Part shown: positions 17,612 to 27,636 of the stretch, piece after piece
How positions within the stretch are numbered: position 1 is the first letter of the stretch
Layout: every line of letters starts with the position of its first letter
From: Acidimicrobiia bacterium
Lineage (GTDB): Bacteria > Actinomycetota > Acidimicrobiia > Spongiisociales > ZC4RG35
NCBI GenBank assembly: GCA_965215185.1
Contig: OZ244034.1
Location: 1,888,001-1,952,000, forward strand
DNA length: 64,000 bases
Direction of reading: 5' to 3'
The notes under the pieces: generated by a model
What the model saw: the letters and a program-made list of their open reading frames with translations, nothing else
Told to the model about the DNA's origin: nothing
Databases searched by the model: none
Made by a program: the position numbers and the translations under genes

Positions 17612-18893
17612 GCGAGTCTTGGGAACTGCGGCGTAGCGAGTCGAGGATGTCGACGCCGGTAACAGCGTCTATCTGTTCGGTTAGGGCCACCAAAGCAGCG
17701 GGGAGTTGGGCAACCAGGCCGGGGATCCCTCCTCCACCGCTGCCCCGGTCGCTGTTGGTGTCCACCACGGCCACCCGGTCGATGTTGACCCCCTGCACGG
17801 TGGCGACGATCTTGTCTATGAGTTCGGGAAGCATGTTCAACACCAGCACGTGATGCCCGTCCTGGCCCGCCGCCTGGTATTGGTCGGTCAGGAGTTTGAA
17901 CACTTCCACTTGGGCTCTACCGTCTTCAATGATGCTCGCCGCTTCGGCCCGGGCTCGTAGCTGTTGGGCTTCCAAGTCGGCTCGGGCGGGAACCACCACC
18001 GCCGCCTCCACGCGTCGTGTCTCCAGCTCGATGCGCTGGCCTTCCAACTCCTGACTGGCCACGACTCTGGCGACATCTCCCGCCACCAGAGCTTCCGCCT
18101 CACGTGCGTTAGAGACGGCCTCCAGTTCGGCGGTACGTACCCGCAGGCCGTTGTTTTCCACCACGATCGCCCTGTCCGCCTCAAGGCCAGCGACCTGTCC
18201 CACTTGCCGGGAGGCAGCCTCGGCCTGTTCCGCTTCGGCTTTGCGTTCTGCTTCCACCACCCGGGCATTTCGAATCACCTCGGCGGTGAGAAGGCGCCCC
18301 ACCGATGTCAGATAATGGACATCGTCGGTGACGTTCTGGATCTTGAGGACATCCAGTTCCAGGCCCAAGGTCTTGATGTCGTCGTCGGCCTCGTCGATCA
18401 ACTGATGGGAGAATTTGAGCCGATCTTCGTTCACCTCTTCCGGCGACAGGGTGGCTAGGACGCCCCTCAGGTTGGCTTCCAGGGTCTCCTTGGCGATCTG
18501 ACCGATCTGGGCGCTGGAACGCCCCAGGAATCTCTCGGCAGCGTTCTCCAGCAGCCCTTCTCGGCTCGAAACCTTGACGTTGGCAATGCCCGCCACATTG
18601 AGAGGAATAGTCCCCCGCGAATAGGCGTTGGTCACCGCAACCTCCAACGGAATGGTGTTCAGACTCATCCACTGAACATTCTCGATGAGGGGAATCCGGA
18701 TCGTCCGTCCTCCCTGCAGCAGGCGGTATCCCACCTTTCGCCCATCACTCAGCGCCCGTTTCCGTCCGGAAATGACCGCTACCCGGTTGGGTGGGCAAAT
18801 AATTATCAACGACTTAATGATGAAGATCAGGATCAACAACACCACGGCCAGGCCGACACCGGCTAACACCGGTAAACTTAAGTTATCACTCAT
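17595..18893 (-). CDS. Flotillin (SPFH domain) protein
   Basis: N-terminal TM, PPN...ISGR, AAERFLG, TLEANLRGVLA.LSPEEVNEDR and AEA-rich coiled coil. Confidence 0.9.
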   Translation of the reverse strand: MSDNLSLPVLAGVGLAVVLLILIFIIKSLIIICPPNRVAVISGRKRALSDGRKVGYRLLQGGRTIRIPLIENVQWMSLNTIPLEVAVTNAYSRGTIPLNVAGIANVKVSSREGLLENAAERFLGRSSAQIGQIAKETLEANLRGVLATLSPEEVNEDRLKFSHQLIDEADDDIKTLGLELDVLKIQNVTDDVHYLTSVGRLLTAEVIRNARVVEAERKAEAEQAEAASRQVGQVAGLEADRAIVVENNGLRVRTAELEAVSNAREAEALVAGDVARVVASQELEGQRIELETRRVEAAVVVPARADLEAQQLRARAEAASIIEDGRAQVEVFKLLTDQYQAAGQDGHHVLVLNMLPELIDKIVATVQGVNIDRVAVVDTNSDRGSGGGGIPGLVAQLPAALVALTEQIDAVTGVDILDSLRRSSQDSPEDEG

Positions 18894-19396
18894 TAACTAC
18901 TTCCTCTTTCTTTTTCTTGCCTTGCGACGAGAGCCACCGCGCCGTCCACCTCCACGATGGTGACCCTCTCGCCTTTCTTAATCAGATCCTCCCGGTTGGC
19001 GGGTGAGGCGCTGATCCTATGGCGCGCCCCGGCCGCGTCGACAACTACCTGCCCCCTGTGTTCGGTGGACACTCCCAACACCACTACGGCTGTTGACCCC
19101 TCAAGATCTGCATTGGTAACCTCGCTGGACGCTTCGGTGCGGCGCAGCCAACCAAACAGAGCGTTGTGGAAAGATGCTCCCAGAACACCCACTCCGGCGG
19201 CGATCAATCCCCCGGAAAGAGCGGAAAGGCTCACCCAGACCGTGATAAGACCCGCTAAACCAAAAAACGCCGCTCCAAAAGAGACAGCGCTGAACGAGAT
19301 CCATGAAAAGAAACCTCCACCCGAACCGGTATCAGAATCCCCCCCCAATTCGCCTCCGAAGGCAAAAATCAGCAACAACGGCAAACCGACCGCCAT
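18893..19396 (-). CDS. NfeD-like membrane protein (flotillin partner)
   Basis: TM segments followed by an OB-fold region (G..A.V...GQV...I.KGERV.IVEV); translationally coupled to flotillin. Confidence 0.75.
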   Translation of the reverse strand: MAVGLPLLLIFAFGGELGGDSDTGSGGGFFSWISFSAVSFGAAFFGLAGLITVWVSLSALSGGLIAAGVGVLGASFHNALFGWLRRTEASSEVTNADLEGSTAVVVLGVSTEHRGQVVVDAAGARHRISASPANREDLIKKGERVTIVEVDGAVALVARQEKERGSS

Positions 19397-19462
19397 CGCG
19401 AAAATATATAAGAAAAGTACGGCCGCTCCCTACCTAGCTTCAGCCTTAACCCAGACTAGTCG

Positions 19463-19601
19463 TCCACCCGTGGTTAGGTCTAATAGACGGGCGAATCGTT
19501 TGCCGGCGATGACCAGGGCCATCAGCGTCACCACCAACGGGGCGTCTATGAAAACCACGGGGAAGCCGTCGCACTGGCAGCAACACCCGGCACTCGGCTA
19601 G
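19463..19601 (-). pseudogene. Degenerate copy of the 3' end of the ABC permease gene (20639-20785)
   Basis: Encodes GFPVVFIDA-PLVVTLMALVIAGKRFARLLDLTTG versus GLPVQITDALPFVVTLLALVVARKRFARLLDLSTAG. Confidence 0.85.
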
Positions 19602-19603
19602 GG

Positions 19604-20440
19604 CTAAAAGACCGGCTTACCGCGATCCTCCAAACAACGCGCACCATCGTCGTTGGTGTCCAACGCCACATCCCGTGCCACGTCTACAATGAACGCTTCC
19701 TGGCGTGTGACGTCCTCCAGTGCGAACTTGGTCATCACCGCTATGGCATAGGGTCGGTTCCTCAGAAACACAATTCCAGCATCGCAGCGGACCCGTTCCA
19801 TGCCGCCCGATTTGTTCGCAACTACCAAGTCGGACGGTACCGCCCGATTCAACGGCGCCGATTTGGGCTTGCCGATGATACGCAGGACCTGCTCCGCCAC
19901 TTTGGATGACGGCTTACCTTGATACAGCATCTCCAGCATCGTGACAAGTTCGTTCGGCGTCGAAACATTCTCGTCACCCCTGTGTATAGCCTCGCTGTCC
20001 ATCATCTTGCGCCGCAACTTTGTGGCTGTCAGCCCCATATCACCCAACAACCTGTTGGTTGCCTCCATGCCGGCCCAATCTATGCACATGTTCGTTGCAG
20101 TGTTGTCCGACACAACGATCATCAGGATGGCGATATCCAGCACTGACAACTCGGGCTCACCCTCCATATAGTGGATTACGCCACTACCTGTTCCGCACAT
20201 CTGCGGCTTGATTCTGACGCGCTCATTGAGGTCAATCTCACCCCTCTCGCCACGGCTCAATAGCTGTGTCAAGATGTGTATTTTGATAGTGGATGCGGTG
20301 GGGAACTCCTCGCTACCACGTACGGACACTGCGTCTCCACGTTTCAGATCCAGCACCGAAATACCCGCTACTCCCGCGAACTTCTCAATCTTGTGAGTTA
20401 ACCGTTCCTCCAAACGCTCCCAAAGCCTCCTGTTGCTCAT
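19604..20440 (-). CDS. Serine hydrolase, class A beta-lactamase-like (C-terminus possibly damaged)
   Basis: ASTIK (SxxK), SDNTATN and KSG motifs; AAGGAG RBS; no signal peptide. Confidence 0.8.
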   Translation of the reverse strand: MSNRRLWERLEERLTHKIEKFAGVAGISVLDLKRGDAVSVRGSEEFPTASTIKIHILTQLLSRGERGEIDLNERVRIKPQMCGTGSGVIHYMEGEPELSVLDIAILMIVVSDNTATNMCIDWAGMEATNRLLGDMGLTATKLRRKMMDSEAIHRGDENVSTPNELVTMLEMLYQGKPSSKVAEQVLRIIGKPKSAPLNRAVPSDLVVANKSGGMERVRCDAGIVFLRNRPYAIAVMTKFALEDVTRQEAFIVDVARDVALDTNDDGARCLEDRGKPVF

Positions 20441-20638
20441 TCCACTGCTCCTTAGGTTCTCAACTCGGTGAAGTATCCCATTTGAAATCCTCTGTATTCA
20501 CGTTGCGCATGTTAAGACTTTCAGAATTACGAACCTCGACAGAATCGGGGTCAGCGTATTGTTCACTCGCACCTAAGCCAAACCCCCCGTTTCTCCCCGC
20601 CTTGCGATGAGGCAGACGCCGACCAAACCGCAACCTAA

Positions 20639-21556
20639 TCAACCGGCGGTAGACAGGTCGAGCAGGCGGGCGAATCGCTTGCGGGCGACCACCAGAGCCA
20701 GCAGGGTCACCACGAAGGGAAGGGCGTCGGTTATTTGCACCGGCAGACCGTTGCCCTGGAAGCGGAAACCAAGCGCCTCGGCCAGAGCGAACAGGGCGCA
20801 GGCGCCAACCACACCCGCGGGATGGGCCCGGCCCAGCATCACCGCCACCACCGCTACCCAACCCCGGCCGCTCGACATGTTCTCCGCGAACTGCACCACG
20901 TTGCCCAATGAGAGTTGAGCCCCGGCCATCCCGGCCAGGGCGCCGGACGCCAGAACCGCTCCGTACTTGTAGACGGTGGGACTCACCCCGAGAGTCTCCG
21001 CAGCCAAGGGCCGCTCACCCACCCCCCGGAGACGCAAGCCGATCGGAGTGCGGAAAAAGAAAACCCACAGCGCTGGCACCAGCAACAAAGCGAGAAAGGT
21101 GAGAACCGTGTTGTCAAAGAGCACCGGCCCGACCCAGGGGATCTGCGACAGTCCTGGAATGGCGATCCTGTCCAATCTATCTATCCGGGGATGCTGGAAT
21201 ACCCCGCGAACGTCGAAGATTTGCGGAAGCAGGAAACCGGTAAGACCCATGGCTAGCAGGTTGAGCGAGATTCCCAATACGATCGGATCACCCCGACGAG
21301 TAACCGTGCCATAGGCCAACGCCAGGGAGACCGCCATCCCGGCCAGTATCCCGAAGGCTATCCCCACGGTGGAACTCAGAGCCAGATAGGAGCCGGCCAC
21401 CGCCGCGAAGGCGCCAGCCAGCATTATCCCCTCCAAGGCGATCTGAAAAACCCCGGCCCGCTCGCAGATCATGCCACCCAGCGCCGCCAACAGGATGGGA
21501 ACCATCGCCCGGGTGGCCGAGTCGAACAAGGCTGTGTCGAAAAGCTGCTCGAACAT
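20639..21556 (-). CDS. Nucleoside/simple-sugar ABC transporter permease
   Basis: ERAGVFQIALEG, GLRLRGVGE.P.AAETLG and GRGWVAV motifs. Confidence 0.9.
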   Translation of the reverse strand: MFEQLFDTALFDSATRAMVPILLAALGGMICERAGVFQIALEGIMLAGAFAAVAGSYLALSSTVGIAFGILAGMAVSLALAYGTVTRRGDPIVLGISLNLLAMGLTGFLLPQIFDVRGVFQHPRIDRLDRIAIPGLSQIPWVGPVLFDNTVLTFLALLLVPALWVFFFRTPIGLRLRGVGERPLAAETLGVSPTVYKYGAVLASGALAGMAGAQLSLGNVVQFAENMSSGRGWVAVVAVMLGRAHPAGVVGACALFALAEALGFRFQGNGLPVQITDALPFVVTLLALVVARKRFARLLDLSTAG

Positions 21557-22650
21557 CAGACCTCCCCCACCACCACAGCCTCGGTCTCACCCGCCTCGGG
21601 CGGTGGTCGCTCTCCCCGCCGAATGGCAAGCCGGCAAGCCACCGCCACGATTACCACCGCCTGCAACACCTGCGAAAGGCGCCACGACACGCCCGCGTTC
21701 CGCTGCATAGCAAGACCGCCGATCTGAAGACCCGAAAAGAAGAGCCCCGTAACGAAAATGGGAATCGGCCGGTTCACCGCCAAGAGGGCGACCAGGAGAC
21801 CGGTCCAGGCAAAGCCGCTCAGCACCAACTCGCCGTCGATGTAACGAATTGCCTCACCGACAATGAGATGGGTCCCGATCAGTCCCCCGATCGCCCCGCC
21901 CACCACCATTACCTGTACTGTCCTCCCCTCCACATCGATGCCCCCATAGCGGGCGGAGCGCATGTTGAAACCCGCCATTTGCGTCTCGTAGCCGGCCACG
22001 GTGCGGGTGTACACCATCCAGAGAATCACCACCAGCAATATGACGAGAATCAGCGACAGGCTGACACCTCCGAAGACCGGCATCTTGGGCATGCGGGCGG
22101 AATCAGGAACCCGGCGGGTGGTCGCCAGAGTGACCGAAACGTCCGCCAGCGGGAACCGCACCAGGTATCCGGTGATGGCGCGGGCCACGTAATTGAGGAG
22201 GAGGCTGGTGATAAGAATGGGAAGACGAAGCCGGGTCTGCCCGTAGGCGGGTAAAAGCGCCCACAGGGCGCCCACCACAGCTCCCGTAAGCATCGCCAAG
22301 GGAATTATCAGCGTCCCCGGACCCGGCACGTAAATGGCCACGATCGTCCCTGCCAGCCCGCCGATCACCATCTGACCCTCTCCCCCCAGATTGATGATTC
22401 CCGATCGAAAGGCGATAGAGACCGCCAAGGCCATACCCACTATCGGGATCGCTCGGCCCAGGGTGTTGCGCAGCCCGGAACCGGTTACCGCTCCGGTGAA
22501 CATCTCCTCCCCTGCCGCCAGGGGATCGCCACCGGTGACCGCCACAATGGCAGCGGCCAGAGCAAAGGCAAAGAGCAACGAGAAGGTCACCGGACTCACC
22601 AGCGCCCGTTGGCTGATACTGCGGAGCTCGTCCAGAAACCTCTTAAGCAA
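21556..22650 (-). CDS. Nucleoside ABC transporter permease
   Basis: FRSGIINLGGEGQ, TSLLLNY and G.N..SARYGGI motifs. Confidence 0.9.
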   Translation of the reverse strand: MLKRFLDELRSISQRALVSPVTFSLLFAFALAAAIVAVTGGDPLAAGEEMFTGAVTGSGLRNTLGRAIPIVGMALAVSIAFRSGIINLGGEGQMVIGGLAGTIVAIYVPGPGTLIIPLAMLTGAVVGALWALLPAYGQTRLRLPILITSLLLNYVARAITGYLVRFPLADVSVTLATTRRVPDSARMPKMPVFGGVSLSLILVILLVVILWMVYTRTVAGYETQMAGFNMRSARYGGIDVEGRTVQVMVVGGAIGGLIGTHLIVGEAIRYIDGELVLSGFAWTGLLVALLAVNRPIPIFVTGLFFSGLQIGGLAMQRNAGVSWRLSQVLQAVVIVAVACRLAIRRGERPPPEAGETEAVVVGEV

Positions 22651-24166
22651 CCGACGCCTCCAAGTGCGCTCCGGTCATGTACAGGCCGATCTCGGGTTCG
22701 GCGACGCTTCGGGGATCAAGACTTGCCACGATGCGCCCCTCGAACATCACCAGGATGCGGGTGCTCAACGCCAAGATCTCCGACAATTCGGCCGACACCA
22801 TCAGCACCGCTCCGCCCTGGTCGCGGTAATCCACTAACTGGCTGTGAACGAACTCGATGGCGCCGATGTCGAGTCCGCGGGTGGGCTGCTCGGCGATGAG
22901 GAGCGGCGTGCCGTATTCCATCTCTCGAGCCACCACCACCTTCTGCAGGTTCCCGCCCGAGAGCGTGGAAACCGGATCTGACACCGAACCCACCTTGATC
23001 CCGAACACCTCCACCAGCCGTCGGGTGAGTTCGGTCACCGCGCCGCGGTCGAACCAGCCCTTACGCTGGACTTTCGTTCCCCGGTGATGGCCCATCAGAA
23101 GGTTCTCGGAGACCGATGCCTGACGGGTGGTACCCACCCCGTAGCGATCCTCGGGTATGTATGCCAGTCCGGCATCCCGCCGTCCGGCCACATTGACACT
23201 GGTGATGTCCTTACCCGATAGGGTCACCGAGCCAAAGGCCGCCTCCCGCAGCCCGCAGAGCGCCTCAATCAGCTCGCTCTGGCCGTTTCCTGCCACCCCG
23301 GCTATTCCCACTATCTCCCCCGATCTCACCTCGAAGGTGGCGTCCTCCACTACCGCCCGCTCGTGGCCGCCCAGCACGGTGAGACCCTCCACCTTGAGCA
23401 CAACCCGGTCGGGTTGGTGTTCAGGAGCCCTCCGACCCAAGTCGACCGCCCGGCCGGTCATGTGCAAAGTGATCTCGGTCGGGTTGGTCTCGGCGGTCAC
23501 CAGGTCGGCCACCGACCGACCGTTGCGGAGTACGGTCACCCGGTCGGAGATCGCCATCACCTCCCCCAGCTTGTGGGTGATGAAGAGAATCGTTCGCCCC
23601 GCATCACGCAGTCTCCGGATAACCTCGAACAGCTGGTCCCGTTCCTGGGGGGTAAGCACCGCCGTGGGCTCATCCAGAATGAGGACCTGAGCGTCCCGGT
23701 AGAGGGCCTTCAGGATCTCCACCCGCTGCAGCACTCCCACCGGGAGATCCTCCACCGCTGCCTCGGGGTCCACTGCCAAGCCATACCGGTCGGCCAGATC
23801 CCGGACCCGGGCGGCGCTGGCCGCCCGGTCGATAAGCCCGCCACGGGTGGGTTCCTGGCGGAACACCACATTTTCAGCCACGCTTAGGGTGGGAAAGAGC
23901 CTGAAGGACTGGTGCACCATCCCAAGACCAGCCGCGATGGCGTCCAGAGCCGAGGAGAACTGCACCGCTTCACCCCGGATGAAGATCTCCCCTTCGTCGG
24001 GGGGGAAAAGCCCATAGAGCAGGGACATCAGGGTGGTCTTCCCAGCCCCGTTTTCCCCCACGATGGCGTGGATCTCCGCGGGACGGACGGTCAGGTCCAC
24101 GGCGTCATTGGCAAGGACGCCGGGGTACCGCTTCGTTATCCCGCGGAGTTCCAGCTCAAATGTCAA
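22643..24166 (-). CDS. Nucleoside ABC transporter ATP-binding protein (two ABC domains)
   Basis: GENGAGKTT, LDEPTAVL, GVAGNGQSEL and LSGGNLQK motifs. Confidence 0.92.
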   Translation of the reverse strand: MTFELELRGITKRYPGVLANDAVDLTVRPAEIHAIVGENGAGKTTLMSLLYGLFPPDEGEIFIRGEAVQFSSALDAIAAGLGMVHQSFRLFPTLSVAENVVFRQEPTRGGLIDRAASAARVRDLADRYGLAVDPEAAVEDLPVGVLQRVEILKALYRDAQVLILDEPTAVLTPQERDQLFEVIRRLRDAGRTILFITHKLGEVMAISDRVTVLRNGRSVADLVTAETNPTEITLHMTGRAVDLGRRAPEHQPDRVVLKVEGLTVLGGHERAVVEDATFEVRSGEIVGIAGVAGNGQSELIEALCGLREAAFGSVTLSGKDITSVNVAGRRDAGLAYIPEDRYGVGTTRQASVSENLLMGHHRGTKVQRKGWFDRGAVTELTRRLVEVFGIKVGSVSDPVSTLSGGNLQKVVVAREMEYGTPLLIAEQPTRGLDIGAIEFVHSQLVDYRDQGGAVLMVSAELSEILALSTRILVMFEGRIVASLDPRSVAEPEIGLYMTGAHLEASVA

Positions 24167-24170
24167 GTAA

Positions 24171-25205
24171 TCAACCGAACAGGGGATCGGGGACTACGAT
24201 GTCGCCGGCCACGATGCCGTCCCGGGCCGCGCGGACCTCGGCCACGATGTCGGGATGATCGGCAATCACACATTGGCTTGCGGCCAGTTCCTCATCAGAG
24301 GCCAGAGCCACCACCCCGGTGCCGCCCTCGGCCAGACCGAAGGCCACTATCTGGCCGGCTGTTCCGTCCAGCACCTGCTTCGCCAACTGTTCGACCAAAA
24401 CATCCACCAACTTCAGGTTGTTGTCAACGATGCTTCCCGGGGCGTCCGGGCACTGGTTGATATCCACACCGTAGCTCAGGAATCCCTCTTGCACGGCAGC
24501 TTCGAACGTGCCTCCGTTGGATCCTGCGCCCACTGCGAAGATGTGATCGGCGCCTCGCGCCGCCACCGCCAGGGCCTGCTCTTTGGCCCGGGCCGGATCG
24601 GAGAAGGGATTGTCGCCACCGATGAACACTTGCGTGTCGGTGATGGAGGGATCGATGCTCTGGGCGCCTAGAGCGAAGCTGTCGGACCAGCGGTGCAGGA
24701 AGGGGATGTCCAGCGCCACGATCGAGCCGACCTGCTTGGTCTGGCTGAGACGGCCTGCCATGATGCCCAGCAGATAGGCGCCTTCATGTTCGCGGAAGAC
24801 TCCGCAGTGCAGGTTGGCGGCGGGCGCGTCGGGGCAGGCGTCGATCAGGATGAACTGCTGATCGGGATTGGCCTTGGAGACTTCGTCAGCCAACTCGACC
24901 AGGGTAAAAGTGGTGAGAACCACGACATCGGGCGCCTCGTCGATGGCCGCCTCGATGTTGGCGCGCCGATCAGAATCATTGGTCGACTCGAAAGTCTTCC
25001 AAGACCCGCCTAATTCTTCGGCCACCCGCTGCGTACCCACCTGACCTAACTCCAGGAACTTGTTCACGCCAATCGGGTTGGGGGTGACATAGATCAAACT
25101 CGGGCCTTCGGGCGCCGCTTCTTCGTCCTCACCGCCGCATGCCGACGCCAGCAGAGCCAGCGCCGTCAACACCGCCACGGCGAGAAATGTCTTCTTGGTC
25201 TTCAT
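24171..25205 (-). CDS. BMP family ABC substrate-binding lipoprotein
   Basis: Lipobox LASAC; FREHEGAYLLG, FSDPARAKE and GVD.NQC motifs; AAGGAGG RBS. Confidence 0.9.
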   Translation of the reverse strand: MKTKKTFLAVAVLTALALLASACGGEDEEAAPEGPSLIYVTPNPIGVNKFLELGQVGTQRVAEELGGSWKTFESTNDSDRRANIEAAIDEAPDVVVLTTFTLVELADEVSKANPDQQFILIDACPDAPAANLHCGVFREHEGAYLLGIMAGRLSQTKQVGSIVALDIPFLHRWSDSFALGAQSIDPSITDTQVFIGGDNPFSDPARAKEQALAVAARGADHIFAVGAGSNGGTFEAAVQEGFLSYGVDINQCPDAPGSIVDNNLKLVDVLVEQLAKQVLDGTAGQIVAFGLAEGGTGVVALASDEELAASQCVIADHPDIVAEVRAARDGIVAGDIVVPDPLFG

Positions 25206-25236
25206 TGCCTTTACCTCCTTGGTAAAAGTTGTTCTA

Positions 25237-26292
25237 TCACGTGCAAACTTTCAGTTCTCCAAAGGGTACGTTGGCGGGAGTTTGGCCCCGGTCGGGTCTG
25301 ATTATCCGGCGGTCGGTAACGATGGCGGTGATGAACTCCGCCGGGGTGATGTCGAAAGCGGGATTCAGGGCCTGGGAGCCGGGCGGGGCAACATCCACTC
25401 CTCCCAGGGACACCACTTCCTCCGAACCCCGGTCCTCGATGTCTATGTCGGCGCCCGAGGGAGTTTCAAGGTCGATCGTCGACTCGGGCGCCACCACTAT
25501 GAATGGAACGCCGGCGTGGCGGGAAGCCAGCGCCAGGCTGAAGGTCCCGATCTTGTTGGCTACATCGCCGTTTGCGGCGACCCGGTCGGCCCCAGCAAAA
25601 ACCAGGTTCGCCTCTCCCCGGGCCAATAGAAACGGCCCGGCCCCGTCCACCAGCAAACGGAAAGGCGCTCCCATCCTGGCCAACTCCCAGGTGGTGAGGC
25701 GTCCGCCCTGCAGAAGAGGCCGAGTTTCCACGGGAAGCGCCATCTCCAAGCGGCCCCGTTCATGAAGTGTTTGGATCACGGCCAGCGCAGTCCCCCTGGC
25801 GACCGTCGCTAAACCGCCCGTATTGCAGATGGTCATGGTCCGCGCCGCCGCTTCGCCGATCAGTTCCTCGGCCAGGTCCGCCCCGTACTCGCCCATGGAT
25901 ATGGAGGCGGCCAACTCCTCGTCACGGATCTGGTGGGCTTCGTCCAGGACCCTTTCCAAGCCTTGCGACACCAGCGCAGCGGTCCGATCCACCATCTTTG
26001 CCAGGTTGACGGCAGTTGGACGGGCCGCGCGGAGGCTGGCGATCGCCTTCTCCAAGCCCGGCCCCTCGGTCCCGTACAGGTGGACCGCCAAGGCCACACC
26101 GTAAGCGCCGGCTACTCCGATAGCGGGAGCGCCCCGCACCGACAGCCGCTGAATCGCAGCCACCAGGGAAGGGATGTTGAGAATGTTGAGAATGACTAAA
26201 TCTTGGGGAAGACGGGTCTGGTCGATCATCTTCACAACCCCGTCATCCCATTCCACTGTTTCGAACGAGGTGCGTTCGCCATTGCGTTCCAT
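25237..26292 (-). CDS. mtnA: S-methyl-5-thioribose-1-phosphate isomerase
   Basis: IDQTRLP, VRGAPAIG, RPTAVNL, CNTGGLAT, ETRPLLQG.RLT.WEL, GADRVAANGDVANKIGT and NPAFDITP motifs. Confidence 0.92.
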   Translation of the reverse strand: MERNGERTSFETVEWDDGVVKMIDQTRLPQDLVILNILNIPSLVAAIQRLSVRGAPAIGVAGAYGVALAVHLYGTEGPGLEKAIASLRAARPTAVNLAKMVDRTAALVSQGLERVLDEAHQIRDEELAASISMGEYGADLAEELIGEAAARTMTICNTGGLATVARGTALAVIQTLHERGRLEMALPVETRPLLQGGRLTTWELARMGAPFRLLVDGAGPFLLARGEANLVFAGADRVAANGDVANKIGTFSLALASRHAGVPFIVVAPESTIDLETPSGADIDIEDRGSEEVVSLGGVDVAPPGSQALNPAFDITPAEFITAIVTDRRIIRPDRGQTPANVPFGELKVCT

Positions 26293-26302
26293 GACAAGCC
26301 TC

Positions 26303-26309
26303 TAGCCTA
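26303..26309. promoter_or_regulatory. Putative bidirectional -10 element between mtnA and the deaminase gene
   Basis: 24-bp intergenic gap containing TAGCCT on + (26303-26308) overlapping TAGGCT on - (26309-26304). Confidence 0.5.
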
Positions 26310-26316
26310 AAGGAAT

Positions 26317-27636
26317 ATGACCAAGACATATCGATATCTGGCCGATCATCTGATCCCCATGGACGACGAGGGATCCATCCACTCACCGGGCGTGGTGGAG
26401 GTGGAAGATGGAGCGGTGGTTTGGGCGGGAACGGTTGACAACGCGCCGTCGCAGCGGGAAGAGACGGTCATTGAGAAGGTGGAGGGAGTGCTGCTTCCCG
26501 GCATGGTCAACATCCACTGCCACACTCCCATGGTGCTGCTGCGGGGCGCCGGCGAGAACCTTCCGGTGGACCGGTGGCTGCACGAGGTCATGTGGCCGCG
26601 TGAGGCCCGTCTCACCCCCGAGGACGTGGAAATGGGAATGATGGCCGGCGCTGCGGAACTGCTGGCCGGTGGGATAACCACTTCGTTGGAGATGTATTTC
26701 CATGGAGAGGCAGTGGCTTCGGGAGCGGCCCGGGCCGGATTGCGCTGCGTGGTAACCGCTCCCCTCATCGAAGACGCCCAACTGAGCGGGTTCGGTACCT
26801 GGCAGGACCAGTTGGATCAGATGACCCAAATGGCCAAGGATTGGGAGGAAAGCGACCTCATCCAGATAGGAATCGGCCCCCACGCCGTGTATTCGCTCTC
26901 GCAGCAGTGCTTACAGCGGGTGGCCGAGGCGGCGGCCGCCAACGGAATGTTGATCCACACCCATGTCGACGAACAGGAATGGGAGGTGGAGGCGGTGAGG
27001 AAGCAGACCGGAATGTCGGCGACCGCCTACCTGGCGAAGATGGGCATTCTGGACTCACCGACGATGGTGGCCCATGCGGTGTGGGTCTCACCCGACGACA
27101 TCGCCATCCTGGCCGAGACGGGAACGGGAGTGGCCCACTGTCCCTGCTCCAACGGCAAGCATGCCTCGGGCATCGCCCCGGTGGCCGAGATGCGAGCAGC
27201 CGGCATTCCGGTGGGCATTGCCACCGACGGACCGGCCTCGCATCATCGCTTGGATCTGTTCGAGGAGATGCGGATGGCCCTGCGCCTGGCCCGGATACGG
27301 GCGGGTGACGCTGGCGCCCTGCTGCCCCATGACGCCCTGACGATGGTCACCAGGGAGGCGGCCGACGCCATAGGCCGGCCCGACCTGGGCAGGCTTTCCC
27401 CCGGGAATCCGGCCGACATGATCGCCGTATCCACCACCGATCCCGCCTTCGGGCCGGTGATCCCCGAAGAGGACGATCTCCTCTCCCGCCTGGTCTGGTC
27501 GGGTTCTCCGGCCGCAGTCCACTCCTCGTGGGTGGGGGGAAAGCGGGTGATGTCGAAAGGCAAGGTGCTGACAGTGGACATGGAAACGTCCCGGGCAGAT
27601 GTCTCCCGGATCGCCGCCCGCCTGGCGACAGGATGA
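26317..27636 (+). CDS. MTA/SAH deaminase-like amidohydrolase
   Basis: PGMVNIHCH, GPHAVYS, HTHVDE, AHAVW, HCPCSN.K.ASG and TDGPAS motifs (MtaD-type). Confidence 0.8.
   Translation: MTKTYRYLADHLIPMDDEGSIHSPGVVEVEDGAVVWAGTVDNAPSQREETVIEKVEGVLLPGMVNIHCHTPMVLLRGAGENLPVDRWLHEVMWPREARLTPEDVEMGMMAGAAELLAGGITTSLEMYFHGEAVASGAARAGLRCVVTAPLIEDAQLSGFGTWQDQLDQMTQMAKDWEESDLIQIGIGPHAVYSLSQQCLQRVAEAAAANGMLIHTHVDEQEWEVEAVRKQTGMSATAYLAKMGILDSPTMVAHAVWVSPDDIAILAETGTGVAHCPCSNGKHASGIAPVAEMRAAGIPVGIATDGPASHHRLDLFEEMRMALRLARIRAGDAGALLPHDALTMVTREAADAIGRPDLGRLSPGNPADMIAVSTTDPAFGPVIPEEDDLLSRLVWSGSPAAVHSSWVGGKRVMSKGKVLTVDMETSRADVSRIAARLATG

Noticed and set aside
19604-20440. Functional antibiotic-resistance beta-lactamase
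   Set aside because: No signal peptide and no clear class A omega-loop Glu motif; only a family-level serine hydrolase call is supported.
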